Source of the DNA: Ignavibacteriota bacterium
Lineage (GTDB): Bacteria > Bacteroidota > Ignavibacteria > UBA10030 > UBA6906
Assembly (NCBI GenBank): GCA_963801355.1
Contig: CAWDEM010000008.1
Coordinates: 960,001-1,024,000, forward strand
Length of the DNA stretch: 64,000 nt
Direction of reading: 5' to 3'
Shown here: positions 38,947 through 48,545 of the stretch, in pieces
Layout: each line of letters starts with the position of its first letter
Numbering within the stretch: the first letter of the stretch is position 1
Notes under the pieces: generated by a model
What the model saw: the letters and a program-made list of their open reading frames with translations, nothing else
What the model was told of the DNA's origin: nothing
Databases searched by the model: none
Program-made: the position numbers and the translations under genes

Positions 38947-39933
38947 ATGCACGCACTCGTCACAGGAGCAAGCGGATTCATCGGCAGTCATCTCGTTGAA
39001 CTCCTTCTCAAACGGGGTTACACGGTCCGATGCCTTCTGCGAAGGAGCAGCAGTACGGCCTGGTTGAAGGGCCTCCCCCTTGAAATCGTGTATGGTGATG
39101 TCTTTGATGTGCCGGCACTGGAAAAGGCCGTTACGGGGATGGATTACGTCTACCACTCCGCGGGCCTCACGAAAGCAAAAAAGAAGGAAGAATACTTCAG
39201 GGCCAATGCGGAAGGGACTCGCCTCCTGCTTGACGCCACGATCAACGTGAATCCCGGGTTGAAGCGGTTCGTGTTCCTGAGCAGTCAGACGGCGGCGGGT
39301 CCGAGCCCTACACCGGCACCCATTGCGGAAGTCGCCCCTGCCAATCCCATCACCACGTACGGTCGCTCCAAGCTGGCCGCGGAGAAGATCGTGCTCGCCG
39401 CAAAGGATCGCGTGCCGGTCACCGTTCTGCGCCTGCCGGCGGTGTACGGGCAACGGGACAAAGACATACTCGAATTCTTCCGGACAATGCGGAGCGGCAT
39501 CCAGCCTGTGGCGGGGTTTAACGTGAAATACGTGAGCCTGTTGCACGTCAGCGACGTCGTGCGCGGGGTTGTCATGGCCGGGGAAAGCTCCGTCGCCGCA
39601 GGTCAGCTCTATTTCATATCCAGCAGCCGTGTGTACGGCTGGGATGAGATCGGGAAAATCTCGCGCAAGGTCCTGGGGCGAAAGGCGCTTACCCTCAAGA
39701 TACCGGAATGGGGAATTTACACGGTTTCCGCCTTTGCCGAGTTCCTCGCGCTGTTCAGCTCGAAGCCGGCGCTTATCAACTTTGAAAAAGCCAGGGACAT
39801 GGTGCAGGACTACTGGACGTGCGATTCGTCCAAGGCCAAACGCGACTTCGGGTACGAGCAGCAGATCAGCGCAGAGGAAGGAATCAAGCAGACGATTGCG
39901 TGGTATGTGGAGAAGGGGTGGATTAAGGCATGA
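38947..39933 (+). CDS. Extended SDR (NAD-dependent epimerase/dehydratase family), probable ceramide reductase CerR
   Basis: TGASGFIG and YGRSK motifs; divergent from spt-bCerS. Confidence 0.7.
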   Translation: MHALVTGASGFIGSHLVELLLKRGYTVRCLLRRSSSTAWLKGLPLEIVYGDVFDVPALEKAVTGMDYVYHSAGLTKAKKKEEYFRANAEGTRLLLDATINVNPGLKRFVFLSSQTAAGPSPTPAPIAEVAPANPITTYGRSKLAAEKIVLAAKDRVPVTVLRLPAVYGQRDKDILEFFRTMRSGIQPVAGFNVKYVSLLHVSDVVRGVVMAGESSVAAGQLYFISSSRVYGWDEIGKISRKVLGRKALTLKIPEWGIYTVSAFAEFLALFSSKPALINFEKARDMVQDYWTCDSSKAKRDFGYEQQISAEEGIKQTIAWYVEKGWIKA

Positions 39934-39937
39934 ACAT

Positions 39938-39983
39938 GGGGTCTGACCCCTGTACACGTGAGGCGTATATGGGGTCTGACCCC
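39938..39983. repeat. REP-like doublet GGGGTCTGACCCC
   Basis: Identical 13-mers at 39938-39950 and 39971-39983 between convergent genes. Confidence 0.85.
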
Positions 39984-39988
39984 GATGA

Positions 39989-41467
39989 CTAGAATGGATT
40001 CTCCGTGGGGTAGTACGCACCCTTTGGCAAATTAAAGAACACCTCGCTCACCCCGAGCATCCGGCTCGCCGCGAACAGAGTCTTCCCCGCATGCTTGAAT
40101 GCAATGGCCGTGTGGTGCGGGAAGCGCTTCTCGATCAGCACGTGGCGGTAAAACCGGCCCATCTCAGGGATGGCAAAAACTCCGATGCATCCGAACGATT
40201 TGGGGTTTATCGCGAGCACTTCGCCGTTGGCAACGTACGCGCGCAGTTCCGCTGTACTCGTCGCCTGCAGCCTGAAAACCGAAATCGGTCCCGCCTTGAT
40301 TTGACCCTCGACCGTCCCGCGTGTAATATTCGGTTCTTTCCCCGGCTCCAGAAGCCGGTGCATGATCATCTGATGCTGCATAACGGGATTGATGATGCAC
40401 CCAGCGGATGTATTTCCGCAGTGGAACCCCATCCAGAGATCCGACAATGCATAACTCCCGATCTCTTCCCTGCTCTCCTCGTACATATCCTTGGGCACGG
40501 TATTGTTGATGTCCAGAATCGCCGGTGGAACTTCGGTCGCGCACACCGCCATGTATTCGCTCAATGCGCCGTAGATGTCCGCCTCACAGGCCACCGGGAC
40601 GCCCCTGGCTGCAAGGCGTGAATTCAGGTAGCATGGCACATGACCGAAGTATTTTTGAAATGCAGGCCAGCACTTGTTGGCGAAGGCGCAGTACTTCGCT
40701 GCACCGAGATGCGCATGCATGTACTGTTCCAGAGCGAATTCATACTGTGCGAGTTTCACAAGGAGCTGCGGATAGGTGTTTCCGTTTTTCAATTCGCCTG
40801 TCATCTCCTGCACGATCTTCCTGACTTCAGGAGAATCTTCCTGCGCCTGCACGACGTCCAGAAGATCCAGTTCGCTGTTCTCCATGATCTCCACCCCGAG
40901 GTCGTGCAACGGCTGGATCGGGGCATGGCAGGTCAGGAAATCGAAGGGCCGCGGGCCGAACGAGATGATCTTGAGATTGCGCACGCCGATGACCACGCGT
41001 GCGACGGGAATAAATTCGCCGATCATCGTCGCAACATCCTCGGGGTCACCGACAGGGTACTCGGGGATGTAGGGATGCAATCGGCGCAGACCGATGCTGT
41101 ACGAGGCGCTGAGCATTCCGCAATAGGCATCACCCCTGCCGTTGATGAGATCGTTTCCGGTGTCCTCGGCCGCCGCCACGAACATGGCCGGCCCTGTGAA
41201 TTTCTGCGCCAGCATCGTGGAAGGGCCTTCGGGGCCGAAATTCCCGAGATAAACAGCGATGGCGTTCACTCCCCTCCCCGACATTTCGTCGAGAGCCTTC
41301 AAGACATCCTGCTCATTTTCGATGATCGTCTCGATTTCGACAATCGGGATCTTCTTCGCCGCACAAGCCGCTGCGACTTTCTTCCGCCGCTGACGCGAGA
41401 GCTCAATCGGAAAACAATCGCGGCTGACCGCCACCAGGCCGAGCGTAACAACGGGAATATTCTGCAT
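39989..41467 (-). CDS. L-fucose/L-arabinose isomerase family protein, probable L-arabinose isomerase
   Basis: RGDAYCG, NKCWP, ACEADIYGA, FHCGN, FPHH motifs; last gene after araB-araD. Confidence 0.8.
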   Translation of the reverse strand: MQNIPVVTLGLVAVSRDCFPIELSRQRRKKVAAACAAKKIPIVEIETIIENEQDVLKALDEMSGRGVNAIAVYLGNFGPEGPSTMLAQKFTGPAMFVAAAEDTGNDLINGRGDAYCGMLSASYSIGLRRLHPYIPEYPVGDPEDVATMIGEFIPVARVVIGVRNLKIISFGPRPFDFLTCHAPIQPLHDLGVEIMENSELDLLDVVQAQEDSPEVRKIVQEMTGELKNGNTYPQLLVKLAQYEFALEQYMHAHLGAAKYCAFANKCWPAFQKYFGHVPCYLNSRLAARGVPVACEADIYGALSEYMAVCATEVPPAILDINNTVPKDMYEESREEIGSYALSDLWMGFHCGNTSAGCIINPVMQHQMIMHRLLEPGKEPNITRGTVEGQIKAGPISVFRLQATSTAELRAYVANGEVLAINPKSFGCIGVFAIPEMGRFYRHVLIEKRFPHHTAIAFKHAGKTLFAASRMLGVSEVFFNLPKGAYYPTENPF

Positions 41468-41477
41468 TGACTGCTCC

Positions 41478-42176
41478 TTATCGTTTCTTCTGTCCGTACG
41501 ATGCATCCGGGCCGTGCTTCCGGCCGAAGTGCTTCTGTATCATGTAGGCGGGGAGCGGCCGCGCTTCGGGGTTCAAGCGATAGACGCCGAGCGCCATCTC
41601 CGCCACCCGCTCAAGGGCTGCACTGTTGACGACCGACTCCCCGGCATTCCCGCCCCAGCAGAAGGGTCCATGCCCCGCAACGAGCACCGCAGGCATAGAC
41701 ACTGGATTGACCCCGCGCATACGTTCGACGATCACCTTTCCCGTGTTCCGTTCATAGTCATATTCCACCTCCAGCTCGGTGAGCAGCCGCGTCACGGGAA
41801 CTGCGCCTTGGAAATGATCAGCATGCGTCGTGCCGAGACACGGGATCTCCCTCGTCGCCTGGGCGAAGACGGTTGCGCAGGTACTGTGGGTGTGGGTGAC
41901 GCCGCCGATATCGGCAAGGCTGAGGTAGAGCTCGATGTGCGCCAGCGTGTCAGACGATGGCTTGAGCCGTCCTTCGACCACCTTTCCTTGCAGATCCACG
42001 ATGACCATGTCTGCCGGTTTCAGAGTCTCATACGAAACACCGCTGGGCTTGATCACCACCAGTCCGCGCCCCCGGTCGAACCCGCTTACATTTCCCCAGG
42101 TGAGAGTCACCAATCCCAATCGCACAAGGCTTTTATTTGCCTCCGCGACTTCTTTCCGCAGACCGGGGAGCATCAT
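41478..42176 (-). CDS. araD: L-ribulose-5-phosphate 4-epimerase
   Basis: TWGNVS, IKPSGV, PSSDT, HTHS, GTTHAD, RKHG..A.YGQ. Confidence 0.94.
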   Translation of the reverse strand: MMLPGLRKEVAEANKSLVRLGLVTLTWGNVSGFDRGRGLVVIKPSGVSYETLKPADMVIVDLQGKVVEGRLKPSSDTLAHIELYLSLADIGGVTHTHSTCATVFAQATREIPCLGTTHADHFQGAVPVTRLLTELEVEYDYERNTGKVIVERMRGVNPVSMPAVLVAGHGPFCWGGNAGESVVNSAALERVAEMALGVYRLNPEARPLPAYMIQKHFGRKHGPDASYGQKKR

Positions 42177-42233
42177 TCGGGCCTCCGGATTCCATGTCTC
42201 TTCACGCAGCGGAGCATCATGTGGGCCTCCGGA
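42167..42233. repeat. Duplicated RBS/stop-start junction between araB and araD
   Basis: ggagcatcattcgggcctccgga (42167-42189) and ggagcatcatgtgggcctccgga (42211-42233). Confidence 0.8.
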
Positions 42234-43932
42234 CTTCGTCTCTAAGTGTCAGCAAGTCTTTCATCACATTGTACAAGCCGCTAGACCCACTGGGTCCCTG
42301 CCATCGGGGTGTGCCGAAGGCATCGTGAAGTTCGCGGTAGAGCGTGTACAACCTGGTGTACACTGCATGGGAGTCTTCATCCGGGAGGTACGTGGTGCGT
42401 ACGCCTGTTATCGTGCGCTGGGCATCTTCCACTGTGGCATATCCTCCCGCCTCCTTCCCCGCGGCCACCGCTCCGAAAATCGCGGCACCGAGTGCCGGGG
42501 TTTGCTCGCTGCGCGAGACTTTCATCGGGCGCCCGGTGATGTCGGCGTATATTTGCATCAACAAGGGACTGCGCACAGCCAGTCCGCCGCAGTTGACAAT
42601 TTCTTTGATGGGCACACCGTACTCTTCGATGCGGTCGATAATCACGAGGGCGCCGTATGCCGTCGCTTCCATCAAACTGCGGTAGATCTCGTGAGGGCGG
42701 GTATGCAGTGTCTGTCCGAGAAGCAGTCCCGTGAGCCGCACATCCACGAGTATCGTGCGGTTCCCGTTGTTCCAGTCCAGCGCGAGGAGCCCGCTCTCCC
42801 CCGGTTTCAGCTGACTTGCCGCAAGTTCAAGCTGCCGGAAACGTTCGTCGGGCGTCGATCCGTACGAATCAGGCACCAGACTGTTCACGAACCAGAGAAA
42901 AATATCGCCGACTGCGGATTGCCCTGCCTCGATGCCATAGTAACCGTTGATGACAGATCCGTCCACGATCCCGCACACCCCCGGGATATCCTGCAGCTGC
43001 TGATCATGGGGAGAGATCATCACATCACAGGTACTAGTCCCGATAATTTTCACGAGCGTCCCGGGAGAGATCCCTGCGCCGACTGCACCCATGTGCGCAT
43101 CAAAAGCCCCGACGGCGACGGCGGTTTTTTCCGAAAGTCCGAGGGCATTCGCCCAGGCTGGAGCAAGGGAGCCCGCACGGCAATCAGACGTTGCGGCCTC
43201 ACTGTAGAGCTTCGCCCGCAGCTTCCCGAGTCCGGGAGAGAGCGCTTCGAGGAACTCTTCGTCCGGCAGGCCTCCCCATTCGCGGCTGAACATTGCCTTA
43301 TGTCCGGCAGCACAGACGCTCCGGCGGATTTTGCCGGGCGCGGTCTCACCGGTCAGAAGCGCGGGAATCCAGTCACACACTTCCACCACGCTTGCGGTTG
43401 CTCCAAAGACGTCCGGCGCAGTGTCCTTGAGGCGCAGGGTCTTGCTCCAGAACCATTCTGACGAATAGGTGCCCCCGATTTTCGCCAGGTACCGGAGGCG
43501 CATCTTTGCAGCCAGGCCGGTAATACGGGCGGCTTCTGCGAAACTCGTATGGTCCTTCCAGAGCCAGACCATCGCGGCGGGGTTATCCTTGAAGTGCTCG
43601 TCAAAGCAGAGCGGCATGCCATAGGAGTCGACCGGCATCGGGCTGCTTCCGGTAGTGTCAACGCCGACGCCCACGACCTGGTCGGGTGAGAAATCAGCAA
43701 GAGTGCGCCGCGCTTCGCCAATGACCTGGCGCACGGTGTACTCAATGCCGAGGAGGTAATCCGCGGGGTTCTGACGGGCCAGGTTCGGATCGGCGTGATC
43801 GATGATGACTCCCGCCTCGCCGGATGGATACGCAAAGACCGAGCTTGCCAGCTCGCGTCCGTCGCTCAGATCCACGAGGAGCGCACGGCAGGAGTTGGTA
43901 CCAAAATCCAGGCCCAGGGCGTAGTTGCTCAT
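42217..43932 (-). CDS. araB: Ribulokinase
   Basis: GLDFGTNS, DTTGSSP, WKDHT, YSSEWFWSK, DAHMGA, GTSTC, LDWNNGNR. Confidence 0.93.
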   Translation of the reverse strand: MSNYALGLDFGTNSCRALLVDLSDGRELASSVFAYPSGEAGVIIDHADPNLARQNPADYLLGIEYTVRQVIGEARRTLADFSPDQVVGVGVDTTGSSPMPVDSYGMPLCFDEHFKDNPAAMVWLWKDHTSFAEAARITGLAAKMRLRYLAKIGGTYSSEWFWSKTLRLKDTAPDVFGATASVVEVCDWIPALLTGETAPGKIRRSVCAAGHKAMFSREWGGLPDEEFLEALSPGLGKLRAKLYSEAATSDCRAGSLAPAWANALGLSEKTAVAVGAFDAHMGAVGAGISPGTLVKIIGTSTCDVMISPHDQQLQDIPGVCGIVDGSVINGYYGIEAGQSAVGDIFLWFVNSLVPDSYGSTPDERFRQLELAASQLKPGESGLLALDWNNGNRTILVDVRLTGLLLGQTLHTRPHEIYRSLMEATAYGALVIIDRIEEYGVPIKEIVNCGGLAVRSPLLMQIYADITGRPMKVSRSEQTPALGAAIFGAVAAGKEAGGYATVEDAQRTITGVRTTYLPDEDSHAVYTRLYTLYRELHDAFGTPRWQGPSGSSGLYNVMKDLLTLRDEVRRPT

Positions 43933-44060
43933 GGTCACCGAGTCCCGGCCGGATCAGCCGACGAAGTGTAATTGCTCATGGTCACAGAGTCCCGGCCGGA
44001 TCAGCCGACGAATGTAGTTGCTCATGTTCACCGAGTCCCGGCCGGATCAGCCGACGAAGT
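43921..44060. repeat. Triple 46-47 bp tandem repeat spanning the symporter stop to araB start junction
   Basis: gtagttgctcatggtcaccgagtcccggccggatcagccgacgaagt at 43921, 43968 and 44014, with small differences. Confidence 0.93.
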
Positions 44061-45801
44061 AGAGATATGCCACAAGTATCAGTACCAGCACCAGACACGA
44101 CAGCACAACATCGATCGTCGACCAGGAAGCGCGGGTGGCGCGTTTGTCAGCCTCGGTTCTCGTCGCATATGTCAACCCGCTGATCCTGGAATAGGACGGA
44201 GCCTCGGTCATATAGCTCACGATCACCATCACAGCCGCAGAGACGAGCAGAATGATAATACTGTAGTACTGGAAGAAGATGTTGTTCACGATCCAGAGAA
44301 ACGAGCCTTCCGCATACCGGAATCCCGCGATGAGTTTCACAGGCGTATCCACTGCGAGCCGGAGAATGCCGAGGGTGAAACCCACAATCAGAGCCGAGAG
44401 GCACCCCTTGGCATTCAACCGTTTGTGGAAGACACCCAGAAAGAACACCACAAAGATCGGAGGTGCGAGGTACGACTGCATGCCCTGCAGGTAGTCATAC
44501 AGTCCCCGCCCGCCCCGGATGACGGGAATCCAGAGGAGGCCGATGAGCACCATGACACCGGTTGCCACGCGTCCAACCCACACGAGCCGTTCCTGGGAAG
44601 TGTTGGGGCGCAGGCGTCCGTAGAAGTCGATCGTGAAGAGCGTCGCGCAGGCGTTGAACGCGCCGGCAAGTGAACTCATCAGCGCCGCAAGAAGTCCTGC
44701 CACAACGATCCCGCGAATGCCGACGGGAAGAACATTTGCGACCATAAGCGGGAATGCCTGCTGTGCGTTATCTCGAATCACTTTGCCATCGGGACCGATC
44801 AACAACGATTGGAATCCCGGGATCTTTCCGGAGACTGCGAGGGCGTAGCAGATAATGCCGGGGATGATGAAGATGAAGACCGGCAGGAGTTTGAAGAATG
44901 CTGCTGTAATGGTCCCGCGGCGTGCTTGGGTCTCATTCCGCGCGGTCAGAGCGCGTTGTACGATATACTGATCGGTGCACCAGTACCAGAGGCCGATGAT
45001 GGGTGCGCAAAAGAGCATCCCGATCCATGGGTACGCGTCGTTGAAGTACCACGCCATCTGGGTTGAGGTTTTAATGGGCGCCCAGGTGCCTTCCATTCCC
45101 GCCGGCACCAGCGGCTTCCAGAGGTTGAACATCTCCGAAGGAACGATGGCGCGCAATTCGGACCACCCACCCAGTGCCTGCAATCCGAACAGTGTGACCA
45201 ACGCCGAACCGATAATCAGAACGACCGTCTGTATGGCTTCGGTGTACGCGACCGCGGTCATGCCGCCGACAATCGTATAGAGTCCGGTGATCACGACAAC
45301 CAGAATCGAACCGATCCAGAACGCATCCAGGCCGGCGACATTCATTTCAGGCAATAGAACTGAGAACACGACACCGCCGGCAAAGATACCGACCGCGATC
45401 TTTGTCAGAACATACGCAACCAGTGAGATAATCGAAAGAACCGTGCGCGAGGTCGGTGAAAACCGGCGTTCCAGGAATTCGGGCATGGTGAACACCCGCG
45501 AACGCATATAGAACGGCACCATCACCCATCCCAGAACCAGCAGGCACCATGCGTGAAGTTCGTAGTGCGCCATCGCGACGCCGTCCGTGGCCCCCGATCC
45601 CGCCAGTCCAACCAGATGTTCCGATCCGATGTTCGACGCGAAGATGGACGCACCGATGATGAACCACCCCAACTCCCTGCCTGCCAGGAAATATCCGTCA
45701 GATGTGTTTTTCTGCTTCTTCGAAACCCAAACGACAATCCCGATGATGAGGGCGAAGTAGCCGAAAAGAACGATCCAATCGAGGGGCTGAAGGATGCTCA
45801 T
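44047..45801 (-). CDS. Sodium:solute symporter (SGLT-like sugar transporter)
   Basis: YFLAGR, ASNIGSEHLVGLAG, WYWCTDQYIVQR, AALMSSL. Confidence 0.92.
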   Translation of the reverse strand: MSILQPLDWIVLFGYFALIIGIVVWVSKKQKNTSDGYFLAGRELGWFIIGASIFASNIGSEHLVGLAGSGATDGVAMAHYELHAWCLLVLGWVMVPFYMRSRVFTMPEFLERRFSPTSRTVLSIISLVAYVLTKIAVGIFAGGVVFSVLLPEMNVAGLDAFWIGSILVVVITGLYTIVGGMTAVAYTEAIQTVVLIIGSALVTLFGLQALGGWSELRAIVPSEMFNLWKPLVPAGMEGTWAPIKTSTQMAWYFNDAYPWIGMLFCAPIIGLWYWCTDQYIVQRALTARNETQARRGTITAAFFKLLPVFIFIIPGIICYALAVSGKIPGFQSLLIGPDGKVIRDNAQQAFPLMVANVLPVGIRGIVVAGLLAALMSSLAGAFNACATLFTIDFYGRLRPNTSQERLVWVGRVATGVMVLIGLLWIPVIRGGRGLYDYLQGMQSYLAPPIFVVFFLGVFHKRLNAKGCLSALIVGFTLGILRLAVDTPVKLIAGFRYAEGSFLWIVNNIFFQYYSIIILLVSAAVMVIVSYMTEAPSYSRISGLTYATRTEADKRATRASWSTIDVVLSCLVLVLILVAYLYFVG

Positions 45802-45848
45802 TGGAGTGCACTCCAGGATAGTGAGAACGAAGGGTTTCTATTTCAGGA

Positions 45849-45910
45849 AGCAGTCAGTCCGGGAAGAAGGTCAGCAGTCAGACCCGAAAGAAGGTCAGCG
45901 TGTCAGACCC
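45849..45910. repeat. Degenerate about 24-bp direct repeats in the ara operon leader
   Basis: agcagtcagtccgggaagaaggtc / agcagtcagacccgaaagaaggtc / agcgtgtcagaccc. Confidence 0.65.
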
Positions 45911-45915
45911 AAGCC

Positions 45916-45944
45916 ATAATACAAGCATCTGGCGAAAAACGCAA
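45916..45944 (-). promoter_or_regulatory. Putative sigma70 promoter for the arabinose operon
   Basis: Minus strand TTGCGT-N17-TATTAT, the same boxes as the sprA promoter. Confidence 0.55.
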
Positions 45945-45957
45945 CTTCACCCCCCCC

Positions 45958-48543
45958 TCATTTGAGAAGAAGCATCTTCCCCCGCAACCGGGTTCCTCCC
46001 GATTCAAGGTCACTGAAATACACACCGCTTGACAGCCCCCCGGCATGCCATGCCACCGTGTAGTTTCCCGGCTCCTTTGGCTCGTTTATCAGCACTTCCA
46101 CCTGCCGACCGAGCATATCGTACACGGCGAGTTTCACCCACATCATACCCGGCCCGCGACCTTCCGACCCGGGCCCCCGGCCGCGCAGGGCGAACCCGAT
46201 ATGTGTTGTCGGATTGAAAGGATTTGGAAAGTTCGGATACAGGATCAACGATTCCGGGAGCCGGGACTCATCCTTGACGCCGACCAGAGTGCCGATGAAG
46301 TTCAGATACGCCTCGAGATTCGTGTAGCCGTCCTGACCCACAATGTTGCGATCTGAAGGATCCGCCAGGTTCAGGCCCTGTCCGATTTCCCAGAGATCCG
46401 GCATTCCATCGTGGTCCGAATCGGCCGGGGCCGGCTCCGAGTTGAGCAGGGGCCATCCGCCGACGTCAGTCTGTGAGTCAATAATGCCGGTGATCGGTGC
46501 AGACGCCGGGAATCCCTGCACAGACCTGTACGTCGGTCCTTCATACGTCGCCGTTCCGGTGAACACTTCGTTCAGCACACGCAGGTCTACCGAATCCCTT
46601 CGCGGAAGGATCGCTCCTGCACCTGCAAGCACTGAGGCGTACGCTGCTTCGGCTGTTTGCTGGTTGATAGGGCTGGATGGGAATGGGACGTCGGAGCGCA
46701 TCGCTGTCTTTTCCGCCACGGTTGGCCCCTGAACCCCGTACGTCCAGTTGTCCGCAGTGGCGGTTGGATATCCCTCCACGACATTGCCGCTCACGTGCCA
46801 GTATCCGTAGTCCGCCAGACCGTTTCTGGTGGATGGGTTGATGATTCTGTAGCGCACGCCGGATTTTGTTGCCGGACCCGGTTTGTAGTAGTTCGCCACG
46901 ATGTTGATGGTTGAGAGCGGACTGGCCCATGATGTGTCGTATGCTTCACCGCCATAGGCACTGTTGAAGCCCCAGTTGTAGATCACATTGTTCCGGTGAT
47001 CGGTATTGCCGCTCCCGGATGCGAACCGGGGATTTCGGCTGGAGTGGTGAGCAAGAAGATTGTGGTGATAGGTCGAGTTCGTTCCTCCCCAGATCCCGCC
47101 ATAGCCATGGGCGCCTTTGGGATGGTTGGAGTTGTAAAGGCTTTCGGTGATGAGGCACCATTGGACGGTGAGGCTGTCGCACCAGTACATCGAGAGCGTT
47201 TCGTCCTGGCTCCAGCTAGCAGAACAGTGATCGACGATAATGTTCTTGTACCAGCGGGCGCTCATCGCGTCGGATTCTCCCCCGCTCTCGTCACCCAGCC
47301 TCACTCTGAGGTAGCGAATGATCACCTGGTTCGCATTGACTACAAGGGGATATTTTCTGATGCAGATGCCGTCGCCCGGCGCGGTTTGCCCCGCAATGGT
47401 GATGTAAGGTTTGCTGATCGTGAGATTTGAATTCAACACGATCGTTCCCGACACGCGGAACACCACTGTGCGCGGTCCGCTTGCCTGTACCGCCGCGCGG
47501 AGACTGCCTGGTCCGCTGTCGTCCAGGTTCGTCACTTCATACACCGCACCGCCGCGTCCGCCGACGGTGAATTTGCCATACCCTTCTGCGCCCGGGAATG
47601 CAAGCTGTTGTTGTGCAGAAGATGTAGCGGTGAATGTTCGCTCGTTGCCATAACCGGCGCCTATGCTATTCATTGCATAGGCGCGAACGAAGTACAGAGT
47701 CCCTTCTGTGAGTCCGGTCAGCGTGCTGGTGAATATTCCGGTGCCGGTACCATCCGATGTTGTGTCGTTCTGGATTGTCGGGAGCGGTGAAGTGCTCCAG
47801 CAAACCCCACGTGACGCTACGGGCAGTCCGCCGTCCCATTGCACGTTGCCGCCGCTGGTGGCTGACGTCGGATTGATGTCCGAAATTGCCGCGGTCGTCA
47901 CGATCGGAACGCCCGTCGTATCCTCGGTGGTTGTCACTCCAGTGATGACGACGTTGCGAAGATACAGGTACTTCGAGGTGGATGCATTCGTGCTGTTGTA
48001 CCAGGGAGAGACCCGCACATAGAACGATTGCGTGCTGTGCACTTCAACGTTCAGCTCAAAGGCCGGTGAGGGGGCCAACCAGGCATTGTTCGGGAGGTTT
48101 TCGGCGCGCTGCAAAACCGCGCGAAACAGAAAGGTTGAATCGATGGCGCAGGAGATCGATGCACCCATTGTACTGGTGCCGCCCCCGCCGATGTCGAGTG
48201 TGAGCGAGGTAATCCGGAGAAACTTGCCTGGGGCGGGGGCGACAGCAAACTGCACGAACCTGGCGGAATTTTCGCCGGTTTCGTACGGCCAGGTTTTCTG
48301 GCCGAGATTCAGCCGTTGGCCGCCGCCGCTGGCTGCATAGTCCCTGACCTGGAGATTCACGGAGGAATCGGAGGCCGAATACGAGAATTGTTCCGGCAGA
48401 CCCGTGATCGCGCCCACGGTCCGGGACACACTGGTATTGGCGGTGATGTCCCAGGCCACGGAGGCGGTATCCTGAGCGCGGAGCATCCCATGGGTTGCGG
48501 TCGCCAGGCCTACAATAAGTCCAATTTGAAAGAAATTCTGCAC
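45958..48543 (-). CDS. Secreted pectate lyase (PL1) with unknown N-terminal domain, Fn3-like domain and T9SS CTD
   Basis: AFPGAEGYG...GGRGG, IAGQTAPG, IVDHCSASWSQDE, SRNPR, DSDHDGMPD; NFPNPFNP CTD. Confidence 0.9.
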   Translation of the reverse strand: MQNFFQIGLIVGLATATHGMLRAQDTASVAWDITANTSVSRTVGAITGLPEQFSYSASDSSVNLQVRDYAASGGGQRLNLGQKTWPYETGENSARFVQFAVAPAPGKFLRITSLTLDIGGGGTSTMGASISCAIDSTFLFRAVLQRAENLPNNAWLAPSPAFELNVEVHSTQSFYVRVSPWYNSTNASTSKYLYLRNVVITGVTTTEDTTGVPIVTTAAISDINPTSATSGGNVQWDGGLPVASRGVCWSTSPLPTIQNDTTSDGTGTGIFTSTLTGLTEGTLYFVRAYAMNSIGAGYGNERTFTATSSAQQQLAFPGAEGYGKFTVGGRGGAVYEVTNLDDSGPGSLRAAVQASGPRTVVFRVSGTIVLNSNLTISKPYITIAGQTAPGDGICIRKYPLVVNANQVIIRYLRVRLGDESGGESDAMSARWYKNIIVDHCSASWSQDETLSMYWCDSLTVQWCLITESLYNSNHPKGAHGYGGIWGGTNSTYHHNLLAHHSSRNPRFASGSGNTDHRNNVIYNWGFNSAYGGEAYDTSWASPLSTINIVANYYKPGPATKSGVRYRIINPSTRNGLADYGYWHVSGNVVEGYPTATADNWTYGVQGPTVAEKTAMRSDVPFPSSPINQQTAEAAYASVLAGAGAILPRRDSVDLRVLNEVFTGTATYEGPTYRSVQGFPASAPITGIIDSQTDVGGWPLLNSEPAPADSDHDGMPDLWEIGQGLNLADPSDRNIVGQDGYTNLEAYLNFIGTLVGVKDESRLPESLILYPNFPNPFNPTTHIGFALRGRGPGSEGRGPGMMWVKLAVYDMLGRQVEVLINEPKEPGNYTVAWHAGGLSSGVYFSDLESGGTRLRGKMLLLK

Positions 48544-48545
48544 TA

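Noticed and set aside
43921-44060. Possible CRISPR array
   Set aside because: Units are contiguous with no unique spacers, they derive from the flanking gene ends, and no cas genes are present.
45841-45900. SRP RNA (GGAA/GCAG-like words)
   Set aside because: It lacks the helix-8 pairing and long closing stem; direct repeats explain it better.
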